Assembly (NCBI GenBank): GCA_965198175.1
Contig: OZ240245.1
Span: 2,816,001 to 2,880,000, forward strand
Length of the DNA stretch: 64,000 nt
Direction: 5' to 3'
DNA from: Candidatus Poribacteria bacterium
Lineage (GTDB): Bacteria; Poribacteria; WGA-4E; PCPOR2b
The notes beneath the pieces were generated by a model. The model saw nothing but the letters and a program-made list of their open reading frames with translations, was not told the origin of the DNA and did no database searches. Position numbers and translations under genes: made by a program. This document shows, piece by piece, positions 31,373-42,383 of this stretch; position 1 is the first letter of the stretch; every line of letters begins with the position of its first letter.

Positions 31373-32164
31373 CTAGGTTAGCGCCCTGAGACTATTGTCG
31401 TCGAGCGGACGCAGCGGTGTAAAGTCGCGGTTGTTGTGATGCCAGCCGCGTTCCGTGCCGCTGCAAGCGTTGCTAACCGCGTTGTAGTTCAGGTACATTA
31501 TCGCCCGCCGCCACGGAGAGACGTTATTCGCCGATCCGTGCAGGAGGTTGCAGTGGACAAAACAGACGGATCCCGCAGGTCCTATCAGCGGGTCAATCCC
31601 GTTTTCGTCGGATAACCGTTTCATCGTGTCGTGATCGATGTGGTGCAGCGAATAGCCTTTCCCTTTGGCGTCCTTGTGCGGCGTCGAATCTAGCAGACCG
31701 TGACGGTGGGTTCCCGGCACAACCATGAGAGGCGACTTGGCAGCCGTACAGTCGTCGATAAACACGGACGCCATGATGCACCGCGGTTCTTGCATACCGT
31801 CAATGATTTTCCACGGCGGGTAATCCTGATGCCAGTCCCACGAGGATCCCTTGCCGAAGCCGTACTTCGGATTGATGCGGCTCTGATGCAGATACACGTC
31901 CTCATTCAACAGTTGGCTCACCGGCTTCAACATACGCGGAAGCAGCGAAAGACACCGGAACGGTGCGGAATATAGGTGCGCCCCGAATACAAGCATCGCC
32001 GCCGACGAATCTTCTTTCTCACGCACTACTTCAGGTCCCTGTCGATCCAAGATCTCCGGCAAGGTTCCCTGTAGAATCTCCACCTCGCGGTCATCCAATA
32101 AACCCGGGAAGAACAGGTAACCCTTTTCCTCGAACTGTTCAATCTGAGCCTCGCTAAGCTGCAT
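31373..32164 (-). CDS. PhyH family dioxygenase, ectoine/proline hydroxylase-like
   Basis: VYLHQSRINPK.GF, WHQD, LHGSANN.SPW.R, YNAVSN. Confidence 0.82.
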   Translation of the reverse strand: MQLSEAQIEQFEEKGYLFFPGLLDDREVEILQGTLPEILDRQGPEVVREKEDSSAAMLVFGAHLYSAPFRCLSLLPRMLKPVSQLLNEDVYLHQSRINPKYGFGKGSSWDWHQDYPPWKIIDGMQEPRCIMASVFIDDCTAAKSPLMVVPGTHRHGLLDSTPHKDAKGKGYSLHHIDHDTMKRLSDENGIDPLIGPAGSVCFVHCNLLHGSANNVSPWRRAIMYLNYNAVSNACSGTERGWHHNNRDFTPLRPLDDNSLRALT

Positions 32165-32267
32165 AATGCTCCTGTGTTTCGTTATGACGTGCGGTAGTTA
32201 CGTCAAACCGCGCGATCAATTTTATCGGGTGAAGGCACAAAGTGCAAGAAAATCCCGCAATCGCCGC

Positions 32268-32320
32268 AAATCCTCCCCCTTGGCAAGGGGGAGTTAGAGG
32301 GGGTTAGGTGCATTGCACAC
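32268..32320. repeat. Dispersed palindromic repeat
   Basis: AAATCCTCCCCCTTGGCAAGGGGGAGTTAGAGGGGGTTAGGTGCATTGCACAC. Confidence 0.8.
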
Positions 32321-32391
32321 GTGCTTGGGTAATAACATTCTTTTGTTTCACAATCTTTCAGATTGTGGCATGCGCAAACTAACAGTTTGCG

Positions 32392-35364
32392 CTACAAGAG
32401 GGCGTCCAATTCATCCGCCAGCAACTGCGGATCCTTACATACATGAAACGCCCACTGACCGAGTTGACCCCAGTTGTTTACCGCGGACACCCACCGCGCG
32501 GCACCGGCATATTTGGCGTGTTCCTTATCCGTTTCAAACCCCTTAATCTCCAAAATCAAATTGATTTCGTTCTTGAGCCGCACGATAAAGTCCGGCTCAT
32601 AGTTGTGGGAAACCCCGGTATACTCATACGGAATGCTAAGTCCGAGATGGTCGTTGCGGACATAGTAATCAACTACCTCAGACTGCTCTAACCGGAAGCT
32701 CGCCGAACGCTCCCAAGTCTCGGTATCAAGAACAACTTGATTCACGTGGCTGCGTTCCGTGCCGTGGCAATAACGGGTGGTCATGAAGTCCACATCCGCC
32801 GATGTGCCAATCGGTTTGTAGCGGTTCACAATCGGCAGGAGCGGAGCCTCGCCCTGCGATTCATCCGGTTGGATTGCCGCGATAAGCCGTTCAACGACGC
32901 GGCGCACATATTTTTCCTGCCCGAGTTCGCATTGGTTAATTCCACGAAAATCCACTTTCCTTGCGATGTAGGCATTGACCAACCGGTACACCTGCGGAAA
33001 TAGCCGGTGCCGCGATTGCAGGCGAAGCGCGGCGTGGCTGTTAGGATTCGGGTGCGTCTTACTGTCGCCGACCAAGTTCCAGACAATCTGACGCGAAATC
33101 TCAAACTTGATGGCTTGAATATGTGTTGTCCGATAATATTCCTCGCGGGTTTGCTCCTCGGACTTTCCGGGACCCAAGACAGAGGGACCTCCGGTTTCGT
33201 ATCCGACCGCTGGTTTGACAAAAACCGCGGTCGGTGTGCGCTCGGGTTCAATTAACAGCGGCTTCATCACGTTGATATCCGCCTTGATTTCGTTCTTCTT
33301 TAAGGCAAACGCGTATCCCTCAACGATTGGAAACCGTATCTCGTAGCCCACTCGCCCCGGTAATGCGCGAACATGATTCTTGGGTTTGTCGCCATCCTCG
33401 GATTTTCCGCGCGGGCGTCCCTTGAACGGAATCACGGAAAACGGGATGCCGTACACATCGACATAGTCCTCGGTCAACAACCCCGTTTCTGGGTCAGGCT
33501 TATAGCTCATTCGCCGCAACCCGCGCCCGACCACCTGTTCGCAGAGCAACTGGCTGGTGAAGGCGCGAAGTCCGAGGATGTGCGTTACGTTCTGAGCGTC
33601 CCATCCCTCGTTCAACATCGCCACCGACACGACGCACCGCACCTGCTCTCCCGGTTTCCCTCGCTTTCCAATGGTCGCCACAATCTGCCGCAGTTCTTCA
33701 GCCGCTTCCGACCCCTTCTTCGTCGGGTCCGCACTCTCTGCCTCAGCCAACTTCTTGCTGTCAATCCGAAGCGTTCGTAATACGCCGTCTTCGTTAGACA
33801 GCAATTCGGGAAACACCGTCCCACGTCCGTACGCTGTCCTCGTCCCTTTCTTCTTTTTCCCTCTGTTTTCTCCGACGATTTCAACCTCTTCCTCACCGGA
33901 GATTTTGCGGAAGAACATCTCCGCAATATCGGTATTGTCGCAGACGATAATCATAACTGGCGGCGTCTTGTCTTTGGCATCGGATGCCCCCTGAATGTAT
34001 TCGTAGCGTTCTTTCCATTGGCTGGCGAGTGTTCTGAGCGCATCCTCGGCATGAAGATACACGGCTTCCGGTTTCGGCTTCTTCGCCCTGCCCGGCAATC
34101 GCTCAGCGGGCTGGAGTAGCTCGTTAACCGCGCGCCAAAGCCTGAAGTATTTCGGCTCGGGACGACCGGTGGTGTCGCTCACGGGCAAGCGAGGGATTTT
34201 TGTAATCCCGCTCTCAATGGCGTCCACCAAACCGAAATCGCTGACCAGCCACGGGAACGGGGTGCCTTCAGGATGACCGCTGCCTTGAATGTAAAACGGC
34301 GTCGCGGAGAGATCGACGCAAAACCGTACACCGCACGCCCGGTTAATGGTGTCCAAGCCGGTAACCCAGACGGTAGCCTCCTGAACCTCGCTTTTTTCTG
34401 CGGCGGATAACTTCTCATCGGTGGGCGCCGGGCGGTAAGCGTGGTGCCCCTCATCGTTCAACACCATGATTGGCGCGCGTCCATACAGTTCGCCTAACAC
34501 GCGCTTCGCAAAGGCGTCCGGCGTCTCCTCGCCTTTATCGACCACTGCGTAGGTCTTGCCACCCTCAGCCTGTGGTGACTCCGGCGCGAATTGATGCCAG
34601 TTGGTCACCAGCACCTTACCGCTGTTGAGCAACGGGCGAAGTTTTGTCGGGATGAGTTCAAATTCATCGTAGTAGTTTTCCGACTTTTCAGGTCGCAGCA
34701 CCTGAAGCCGCTCTTTAATCGTCAAGTTCGGGCAGACGACCAGCGCCGCCCTTGGGAAACGCTCGTCGGAGGGCACCTTCCCGCGGTTGCAGAACGCCCA
34801 CGCAATCAACATCGCCATCACCACCGTCTTCCCGCTGCCGGTCGCCATCTTGCACCCGTAACGAATCAGTTTCGGGAGGTCTGCTATTTCTTCAGGCGAG
34901 TCAACCAGCTTATTGAGATTATCATCGGTGAATTGGGGATTAAAACCGATGCGTTTGTCCGGGCGGCGAATCTCGGCGAGCCAGATTATCGTCTCAACCG
35001 CTTCGCGCTGACAGAAAAACAGCTGGCGCTTCCTATCCTCGCGCGTCCAATGGTTCAGCAGTTCCCGCGTCACATTCGTTGCGTTCCGATAATTCGATTC
35101 CCGCCAGCGTTTGACATCGGCGCGTAACGCATTCACCATCGGCAGGTCGTCCCGTTCCTCTTCCTGAACGAAACGCATTTGAAGTTGCTCGGTTCCCGTG
35201 CGTTGCGTCTTGTACCAGTAGCCTGCCTCGCGGCGCCCCGTTTGCCTGTTAGCTTCGCCCGTTTTCGTGTCATAAACCCAATGCGAATCCGGTTCCTTGA
35301 AAGGGTTGCAAAGGATGGGCTGTTCAACCGGTTGAATTGGGATTTCGAGTTGGTTTTGGTTCAT
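32392..35364 (-). CDS. res: Type III restriction endonuclease subunit (SF2 helicase-nuclease)
   Basis: FCQREA, KMATGSGKT, NDEGHH, DLSATP, EGWD, QVVGRGLRR, PDF...LEIKG nuclease; start placed at ATG 35364 after an SD. Confidence 0.9.
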   Translation of the reverse strand: MNQNQLEIPIQPVEQPILCNPFKEPDSHWVYDTKTGEANRQTGRREAGYWYKTQRTGTEQLQMRFVQEEERDDLPMVNALRADVKRWRESNYRNATNVTRELLNHWTREDRKRQLFFCQREAVETIIWLAEIRRPDKRIGFNPQFTDDNLNKLVDSPEEIADLPKLIRYGCKMATGSGKTVVMAMLIAWAFCNRGKVPSDERFPRAALVVCPNLTIKERLQVLRPEKSENYYDEFELIPTKLRPLLNSGKVLVTNWHQFAPESPQAEGGKTYAVVDKGEETPDAFAKRVLGELYGRAPIMVLNDEGHHAYRPAPTDEKLSAAEKSEVQEATVWVTGLDTINRACGVRFCVDLSATPFYIQGSGHPEGTPFPWLVSDFGLVDAIESGITKIPRLPVSDTTGRPEPKYFRLWRAVNELLQPAERLPGRAKKPKPEAVYLHAEDALRTLASQWKERYEYIQGASDAKDKTPPVMIIVCDNTDIAEMFFRKISGEEEVEIVGENRGKKKKGTRTAYGRGTVFPELLSNEDGVLRTLRIDSKKLAEAESADPTKKGSEAAEELRQIVATIGKRGKPGEQVRCVVSVAMLNEGWDAQNVTHILGLRAFTSQLLCEQVVGRGLRRMSYKPDPETGLLTEDYVDVYGIPFSVIPFKGRPRGKSEDGDKPKNHVRALPGRVGYEIRFPIVEGYAFALKKNEIKADINVMKPLLIEPERTPTAVFVKPAVGYETGGPSVLGPGKSEEQTREEYYRTTHIQAIKFEISRQIVWNLVGDSKTHPNPNSHAALRLQSRHRLFPQVYRLVNAYIARKVDFRGINQCELGQEKYVRRVVERLIAAIQPDESQGEAPLLPIVNRYKPIGTSADVDFMTTRYCHGTERSHVNQVVLDTETWERSASFRLEQSEVVDYYVRNDHLGLSIPYEYTGVSHNYEPDFIVRLKNEINLILEIKGFETDKEHAKYAGAARWVSAVNNWGQLGQWAFHVCKDPQLLADELDALL

Positions 35365-35385
35365 AAAGACTCCTTCCTCTCTAAT

Positions 35386-35555
35386 TCCCCTCCTTACTAA
35401 GGAGGGATCAAGCGAGCGAAAAGCGAGCACGATAGTCTTAGAGCCCTCTCCCTCGGTGGGCTATCCTTGCCAGTTCTCTCATTCCTCATCCCCCTCCTTA
35501 CTAGGGAGGATCAAGCGAGCGAAATGCGAGTGCGATAGTTTTAGACGCCTCTCTC
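35386..35555. repeat. Two direct copies of a ~65-bp palindrome-containing element
   Basis: CCCCTCCTTACTA(A/G)GGAGG(G)ATCAAGCGAGCGAAA...GATAGT(C/T)TTAGA at about 35386-35452 and 35490-35555. Confidence 0.75.
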
Positions 35556-35571
35556 GTTGACAATATACAAC

Positions 35572-36708
35572 TCACGCCTCCGCTCCATCACTTGCTTTTC
35601 CTGCTCGCCACTCTTCCACAAATTTAGGACCGTGCTTTTCTAACAACTCCAAGCACTTGTCCTCCACGCCAGACGACAAATCCTTCGCATGATTGGTCAG
35701 GATTTCCTTTATCGCATCTGGTTCATTGTATCTTTCAAAGTATCGGACTATCATGATTGGACCATCGTGTTCTCCCGGCAAATTCAAAGCGGGGATTGCT
35801 TTTCTCAAGATTGTAACCGAACTTCCTCGATTCAACTGCAGACCTATATCTGAAAGTGCAAATGCTGTGCCGTTTAAGAACAGATTCTTATGTCGTGGAT
35901 TGTCCTTTAACAGTCGCTTTAGGAAAAGTGTGAGTCCCTCAAACGCTTCCAATGTAGGTATCCGTCCAAGCAAAGTTGAAAAATGACGAAGGTATTGACG
36001 TGCGGGAACCTCCTCAATGCCTAAGTCTGAGTAAACAACCGAATTTAAAAACTCTAGAAACGGTGCAACCAATCGTGGAGACTTCCTAATAGCCAAAACC
36101 TTCGCAGCTTTACATCTGATATCTACGGCAAAATTTTCATCTTGAAATAGCGGCAAAAGCGATCCTTCTGTAAGAACCTTGATTTCTCCTGAATAAAACT
36201 CGTCGTCAACCGAGCTATAGTCAATATGCAATAACACACTAGCCGCATGCACTTTTGCTAACTCCACTAGTTCATTTTTAATCGTGTTCTGTTCTTTCAA
36301 GGCTCCCTTAAACCCATCAAGGTTCTTTTCCACAGCATTTGCAATTAACTGATTAGTCCTAGATTTGACCCAAATCAGAGCACCCGCTCCGAAAAGTGCT
36401 AGAATTGACAGGGTGATTATACCCCAATTTCGCAGCCATTCATCATTAAAATCCCTTAATTCTCTCTCAAACCTGCCAAACTCTGCATTTAGAAGTTTCG
36501 CTTGTGCATCGGTGTAGTTTCTGGCCAACTCCAGCTTCTCAACATTTTCCACAGTCTGAAGTTGTTTTTCCAGTTCCGCTACCCGGTTCTTTAGGGCTTC
36601 AATTTCCTGCGCTGTATGTTGTGGGCTATGATTCTGCTGTGCGGATACTGGCGGGGGTATCACTCCCAACAATGCCCCAAGCAGTAAGTACGCTATGAAT
36701 TGTTTCAT
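35572..36708 (-). CDS. Hypothetical membrane protein (signal peptide, coiled coil, TM helix, helical C-terminal domain)
   Basis: 378-aa ORF; MKQFIAYLLLGALLG leader; coiled-coil heptads; WGIITLSILALFGAGALIW TM. Confidence 0.7.
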   Translation of the reverse strand: MKQFIAYLLLGALLGVIPPPVSAQQNHSPQHTAQEIEALKNRVAELEKQLQTVENVEKLELARNYTDAQAKLLNAEFGRFERELRDFNDEWLRNWGIITLSILALFGAGALIWVKSRTNQLIANAVEKNLDGFKGALKEQNTIKNELVELAKVHAASVLLHIDYSSVDDEFYSGEIKVLTEGSLLPLFQDENFAVDIRCKAAKVLAIRKSPRLVAPFLEFLNSVVYSDLGIEEVPARQYLRHFSTLLGRIPTLEAFEGLTLFLKRLLKDNPRHKNLFLNGTAFALSDIGLQLNRGSSVTILRKAIPALNLPGEHDGPIMIVRYFERYNEPDAIKEILTNHAKDLSSGVEDKCLELLEKHGPKFVEEWRAGKASDGAEA

Positions 36709-36765
36709 ATTCTTAACCCTTCGCTGTATTTCTAGGGATTTACAGTACACGCACCGTCAGAACGA

Positions 36766-36882
36766 TTGTCTGAATCGCGGATTCGCGCGGATTACTGGAT
36801 TTCACGGATTTTACGCCCAAAAGTTCTATCGGTTTTCTATCCGCGTCGTCCGTACAATCCGTTTAATCCGCGATTCAGACAA
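36766..36882. repeat. MITE-like element with 18-bp perfect terminal inverted repeats
   Basis: TTGTCTGAATCGCGGATT ... AATCCGCGATTCAGACAA with internal GGATT and ATCCG repeats. Confidence 0.75.
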
Positions 36883-36964
36883 GGAAGCATCCTAGCACGT
36901 GCGTTGATTTCCAATGCGTCAGGTATCCACAAAATACATTCCAAAAAACGCAGCAACCCCAAAA

Positions 36965-39933
36965 CTAGTAAAGACTATCGTACTCACTATTCGTTCGCTT
37001 GATCCCCCGCAAATCGTGCACCCGCATCACCTCATTCCCCCGCGGGTCAATGACCTTGACCGCGACGCGCCGGTGTTCACCTGCGGGGAACGGCAGTGAT
37101 TCCGTTCCGCTGAACCTCTCAAACTGCTCTGGCTCAATGACGCTCTTGAGTGCCCTTGCGATTTTGTTCCAAGCCTTTTTGTCGGGGAAGAACGCTTGAG
37201 TGATGCAGAACGTCCTGCCGTCGTAGTCGCTGTCAATAAACCACGCCGCCACCTTGTCAGCGCCTGCGGAACTCACCGTGTTCTCTACGGGGTTGTAGAC
37301 ATCCACACCTTCCATATTGACGATGTACTCCCCGTCCCCCGTAGTTTCGATTGTGGTACGCGGTGCACCGAACACGGTGAACAGTTGACTGGACGGCGTA
37401 TCCTTGAGTAAATCTCCCATCGTGACGTCAGGGGTAATGAGCGCCATGTGTACACGAACTCTCGCATCGGGATCTTCTTGGATAACCGCCTGTGCGGCGC
37501 CGTCAAATCCGAAGCCCGCGAACACCAAATCATTGTAGTCGCGCCGAAATGCAATCCGCAAGCAGTCTTCAACCTGAATCGCCGTCACCGGACCGTGTTG
37601 CGGTCCGAAAACAACCGCAATCCGGCGTTCCTCGGTGTCATCTTCCCAACTTCCTTCGGCGTGAAGGATACCGCCTTCTAGCGGTTCAAGTGACGCGAAT
37701 TTCATCCGCTTGTTGTCGGCAAATCCCACACCGTCATTTCTTAGCAGGCGTATCATCTGTTCAAGATACGCCTCGGCATTGGTAGGCTCGTGCTCCACGT
37801 CGCCAGTCTCAAAAGTATCCAATTCTTCTTCCGCTTCACCGCCAATCGGCGAATCTTCGCCGAGAGATTCTTCGGCAGGTTGCACCGCCTCGACTGTGAA
37901 GGGACCGCTCACCCGCAGTTTCTTTCTGTCTACATCGGGCTGATCGGCCAATTCCTCGCTGTCGGCAGACGCGGCGATACACGCATTGACCTCATCCATC
38001 TTCGCCCGCCACGCCTCGCGGTAATCCGTTAAGGCGCGCTTCAATTCAGTGGTCCAATCGGGATCGGTGTCAAACGGCACTTCCCACTCGTTCCAACCGT
38101 CTGCCGGTAGTTCCCATCGCCGCCGGTCAGCCTCGGTAACAGCTTTTTTGCCCTCGCGTTTCTCCTTCGCTGCAAGTTTGGCTCGTAGCGCGGTGCGAAT
38201 CTCTGGTGTAACACCCTCCAAAGCGCGGTTCAGCACCTCCAACTTCTCCACAAGAATCGGCTCATATTTTGCGAAGATGGGGTCAAGTGCGTTGTTCTGG
38301 GCTATGCTTTTGAGCGTAATGTGCGGCACGGTTTTGTTGATGAATCCGCCCGCGACACCTTTCGATTCGTCTTTCAGTTCATAGTATTCAAAGGTCTCTG
38401 TTAGTAGACGCTGACGCGCCAAGGCGACAGCGACGCGGCTAGTGTCAATGGTTATCCAGCGTCTTCCCCACTGCTCTGCGACGTAAGCGGTCGTGCCACT
38501 GCCGCAAGTCGGATCGAGAACGAGATCGCCCGGGTCAGTGGTCATGAGGAGGCAACGTTGGATGGCTTTTGGATTTGTTTGGACGACATAGGATTTCGAC
38601 AATTCTGGCCCTGTATCTGTCCAGTTCACTGTCAGTTCCTGAAGAGGAAAATCATCAAAATAGCGAATGGCACGAATCACCGTTCTTTCCTGTTTAATTC
38701 TTCCTGCATTTGCCAAACGTCGGAAGCCTTCTTCTGAATAGCGCCAACTACCAGCAGGGATTGTCCATTTCTTTCCTGCGAATTCGCGCGGGGTGCTTTG
38801 TTGCCGTCGCTCTTGGAGTGAAGTGGAGCGGTCTGATACGTACGCCAGCTTGAATCGAGAATCTCAGGTTTTGAGCGTTCTGAATCAGTCATTGAGCGAT
38901 GCTTCCCGTTTTTGTCTTCAATAATGTGAAAATTGCGCGTATCTATTTTTGATTCTGCGAACAATCGCCTAAATTTTATTGTTTCCTTATCTTTTGCATA
39001 CCACAAGAGAAAATCATTTACTCTGAGGGGAGCACTTTTTTGACTCATTCCTGTCGTCGTCCTGTAAGTTATTAAGCTAACAAAATTCTCGCTTCCAAAC
39101 ACCTCATCCATTAGGCTCCGCACCCGATGCACATTCTCATCACTAATCTGCACAAATATACTTCCGCTGTCCGTTAATAACTCTTTTGCCACAATCAGAC
39201 GGTCACGTAGATAGGCGAGATACGAGTGGACGCCTAGCGTCCACGTATCGCGGTAGGCTTTGATCTGCTCCCGTTCGCGGGTTAGGTCGCTCTCCTTGTC
39301 TTTCACATCCTTTTGAAAGACGGTGGGCTGAAAGTTTGAGGCGAACTTGATGCCATATGGCGGATCGATGTAGATCATCTGCACTTTGCCGGCAAGGTCT
39401 TCGCGATGCGCCAGCGAACTCATCACGGTCAGGCTATCGCCCAATATGAGACGGTTCGACCAATCCACGTCGTGCTGGTAGGACTGCACGACTTCGTGGT
39501 ACGCCTGCTGCGGATCGGCGAAGAGCTCTCGCTGCACATCTTCCCGCTGCGCCGCCTTCACGATTGCTTGTGTGCTCACGCGTTCGTGGATATGTAACGC
39601 CACCGGATCGACTGCGAACGATTTCGCCTCCTGTTTTCCCGCCCATTCCAGCCATGGATTTTGGCGCCTCAACGCCGCCGCGAGGATTTGCACTTCATCG
39701 GCGGATAGAATTTCCCGTTGCGCCTTTTCGAGCAACTCTGGCAGTCGGTCGGAGTCCCCGCTCTCGTCAAATCGCAGAACAGGCGGCAGGTGCGGGTTAT
39801 AGGCGTATTCCCGTTTCGGCTTTTCGCGAATCTTCGCATGTGAAGCAATCCCCGCAGGCGGATTATTCTTCCGCGTCGCATCCTCGTGCCGGTAGTCTTT
39901 GACTTCCGTTTCCCGCCGTTTCTTTCGTGCCAT
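36965..39933 (-). pseudogene. mod: Type III DNA methyltransferase, frameshifted near 38790
   Basis: 5' ORF has NRLILGD and YIDPPY; 3' ORF has YVVQT and VLDPTCGSGTT; the frames join on removing 2 nt, e.g. in CGCGCG at 38785-38790. Confidence 0.85.
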
Positions 39934-39997
39934 ATTGGTCTTTCCTTCTTTCAAACCTCTATTTTGAGATTTTGTTGCAATTCATTTCCGATCAAAA

Positions 39998-40468
39998 CTA
40001 GAACGTCCAACCCTCTTTTCCCATGAAGCCTTGAAGGTTTGTACAGTCAACCTCAAAGTGCTTACAAACGTTTGGGATTTTCGCGGCGTTTGGTCTTTGG
40101 CTTTCCTCTGTAACCACGCAGCCATTTAAGATTCTTGCTTTTGCGATAACAAATGGATCAGCACGTAGATTCCCAGCTAATCGATCCTTCTCACTTAATA
40201 ACATCTGAAAATTCCGAACAGAGAAAATTTCGGTAACAAACTGCGTCTCCGCTGAACTAGGGAGCAGGAAAATATCTCTGTTGTTTTTCACCCAATCAGA
40301 AAGGTGGGGATAAGGTGTGTAGTGTTCTAGCTCTCGGCGCACCTCTTTCACGGAGATGATCTTTCCAATTGCTACCGCCTGATTGAATTTCTTCCAAAAG
40401 GTTGGAAATTGTTCAGGATAGTAATTACCAATCACGCTAAAGCTGTTCGTGTCAAAAACGTAAGCCAT
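39998..40468 (-). CDS. DUF4411 family PIN-like protein
   Basis: YVFDTNS, FPTFW, ADPFVIAKA, VVTEE, KIPNVC; start overlaps upstream stop. Confidence 0.85.
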   Translation of the reverse strand: MAYVFDTNSFSVIGNYYPEQFPTFWKKFNQAVAIGKIISVKEVRRELEHYTPYPHLSDWVKNNRDIFLLPSSAETQFVTEIFSVRNFQMLLSEKDRLAGNLRADPFVIAKARILNGCVVTEESQRPNAAKIPNVCKHFEVDCTNLQGFMGKEGWTF

Positions 40469-41607
40469 TAGCTGTTCACCTTCCTCAATAGGCAATCTTC
40501 CAGCCTAGGCAAATTTTTGACCTTGACATTCAGATGATCCGAAAGTTCTTCAATGGAACAACTTCCTTGATTATATCTACCGAACGCGAGTTCCAGGTAT
40601 CTGTAGCCTAAGTAAACTGCGCGGGTGTTGTAATAGTCGCCTCCTGACCCTTTTTGTGATCGTGCTTGATGCGCTTTAGCCCATTGCGCTGTCTTCTGCT
40701 TATAGTCGTCAGCGGTGAGAGTACCTCGGTCGACTAGTTTCAACAGAATGACTGGTCGGCTCACCTTATAATAATCTGCCAACTCCTTAATCGCAGCATC
40801 GTTGTAAACGGGATAATCTAGGCGTGTTTCCAAATGGTCAGATGGCACCAGAAATTCGGCGGCAAACTGGTTGCAAAACCGCTCAATTTGCTCCCCTCCA
40901 ATTTTGACCTCGCGCGTGATGCCATTCTCTCCGAGTAAGAGGTGAGCCAACTCATGAAAGAGTGAGAAAATTTGCCTCACATGCGCTCTACTGTTGTTCA
41001 GGTAGATTACCGGAAACTGCTCATGGACAAGACAAAAACCATCCACGAAGTCATTTCGGAATGCATCCTTAAAAACGTAGATGCCTTTTTCCTCAACCTG
41101 TTCTCGCCAGATGCCGAGTGCTTCTGTAGAGTCGGTCCAATCCGCCTGAGCTTCGATGTTTATGTCAAAATACTCGCGGGTTTGCCGCGCTAATTCTGTC
41201 ACTAAATCGTGAAGTTGAAAATGAAAGTCACGAAAGATTTTCCTATCCGCAGGGTTCGCACCCATATTCAATTCCATCAACGAAATCTGTCTCGAAGATG
41301 CTTGACGCAGCAACGTACGGATGTCTGGTCCTAATTTCTCAATTTCTGTGCTGCGCAGAGCTAGCTGTCTCGCTAGATCAGGCTCGTGCGGAACCACAGG
41401 GAAGAAAAACAGAGCGATAGGGCGTTTGAATTTATCCGCTAGTTTCTGAAGTTGCGCATAGGTCGGTGCGCCTGCGCCAGACTCCCAGTCAAAAATGGCT
41501 GTGACATCCTTCTTGAAAAAATTGGCGACTTCTCGCAACGTGTATCCTGAACGCTCTCTCGCCCACTTGATTATGGTGGGATTAATGCCTTGAACGTATT
41601 CAGCCAT
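40468..41607 (-). CDS. XRE-HTH plus ImmA/IrrE family metallopeptidase
   Basis: WARERSG...WESG..PT HTH; FSLFHELAH; ERFCNQFAAEFLVP. Confidence 0.9.
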   Translation of the reverse strand: MAEYVQGINPTIIKWARERSGYTLREVANFFKKDVTAIFDWESGAGAPTYAQLQKLADKFKRPIALFFFPVVPHEPDLARQLALRSTEIEKLGPDIRTLLRQASSRQISLMELNMGANPADRKIFRDFHFQLHDLVTELARQTREYFDINIEAQADWTDSTEALGIWREQVEEKGIYVFKDAFRNDFVDGFCLVHEQFPVIYLNNSRAHVRQIFSLFHELAHLLLGENGITREVKIGGEQIERFCNQFAAEFLVPSDHLETRLDYPVYNDAAIKELADYYKVSRPVILLKLVDRGTLTADDYKQKTAQWAKAHQARSQKGSGGDYYNTRAVYLGYRYLELAFGRYNQGSCSIEELSDHLNVKVKNLPRLEDCLLRKVNS

Positions 41608-41727
41608 GAAATCATCTCACATGTGAAGATTGAACGTAGTAAAGCGTAATCGTGGATGGTAAACTTGAAATGCAGATACAATGCTCTTGCATTTCGAGTT
41701 TGAAAATCTCATAAGCTCTGTAATGCC

Positions 41728-42258
41728 CTATAGCCTAGCCAGCAGTTCCTGTTTCTTCGATTCAAACTCACCGTCGGTCAGGATCTCTTCGCTCTTAAGC
41801 TCAGCGAGTTTCCGGATTTGGTCGATAACATCGACTCCGGTATTTGTGGGAGCAGTCTCCCGATCCTGTTTCGTTTTAAATACCCCAGCTCGTGAAAGCG
41901 CCCATACGCTCCCAATTAACAACCCCAGCGGTAACACTTTCATGTGCCAAGGGAACCAAGCATACGGGCGGTACATTTGGTCAGAAATAAAATCAGGTCT
42001 ACTTCCAGAAACCATCACTAGACAAACCAACAAACCCGCTAATGTCGGCAGGACAAAGGCGATGCGAATCTCCCTGCGTTCGATTGCCCAACATATCCCA
42101 ACACACAGGCCAAATACCGCACCACCCGCAACCCAAACAAAATACAACTCAGGATTGTGTCGCATATTCATCGACAAAATTAGCGCCACCGCTATCGCGA
42201 ACCCAGCGGTACACGCGACCACCTTCAGGACTGCTACTGCAACCTTACCAAAAATCAT
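41728..42258 (-). CDS. Membrane protein with C-terminal SHOCT domain
   Basis: Four hydrophobic segments; QIRKLAELKSEEILTDGEFESKKQELL. Confidence 0.8.
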   Translation of the reverse strand: MIFGKVAVAVLKVVACTAGFAIAVALILSMNMRHNPELYFVWVAGGAVFGLCVGICWAIERREIRIAFVLPTLAGLLVCLVMVSGSRPDFISDQMYRPYAWFPWHMKVLPLGLLIGSVWALSRAGVFKTKQDRETAPTNTGVDVIDQIRKLAELKSEEILTDGEFESKKQELLARL

Positions 42259-42383
42259 GGTGATCTGTCCTCCTTGTTGTTACGAATTAAGGCTCAAAGC
42301 GCCGCGCCTATTCTCATTTAGCATTTAGAACACTGTGCTCAGGCACACTCTATGTCCAACAGAATCGCTGAGACAGCTGCTTC

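Noticed and set aside
31373..32164. ectD call
   Set aside because: Similar to EctD, but the signature deviates (WHQDY rather than WHSDFETWH) and there is no ectABC in the window.
35386..35555. CRISPR array
   Set aside because: Only two degenerate ~65-bp copies, related to a dispersed palindrome family, and no cas genes.
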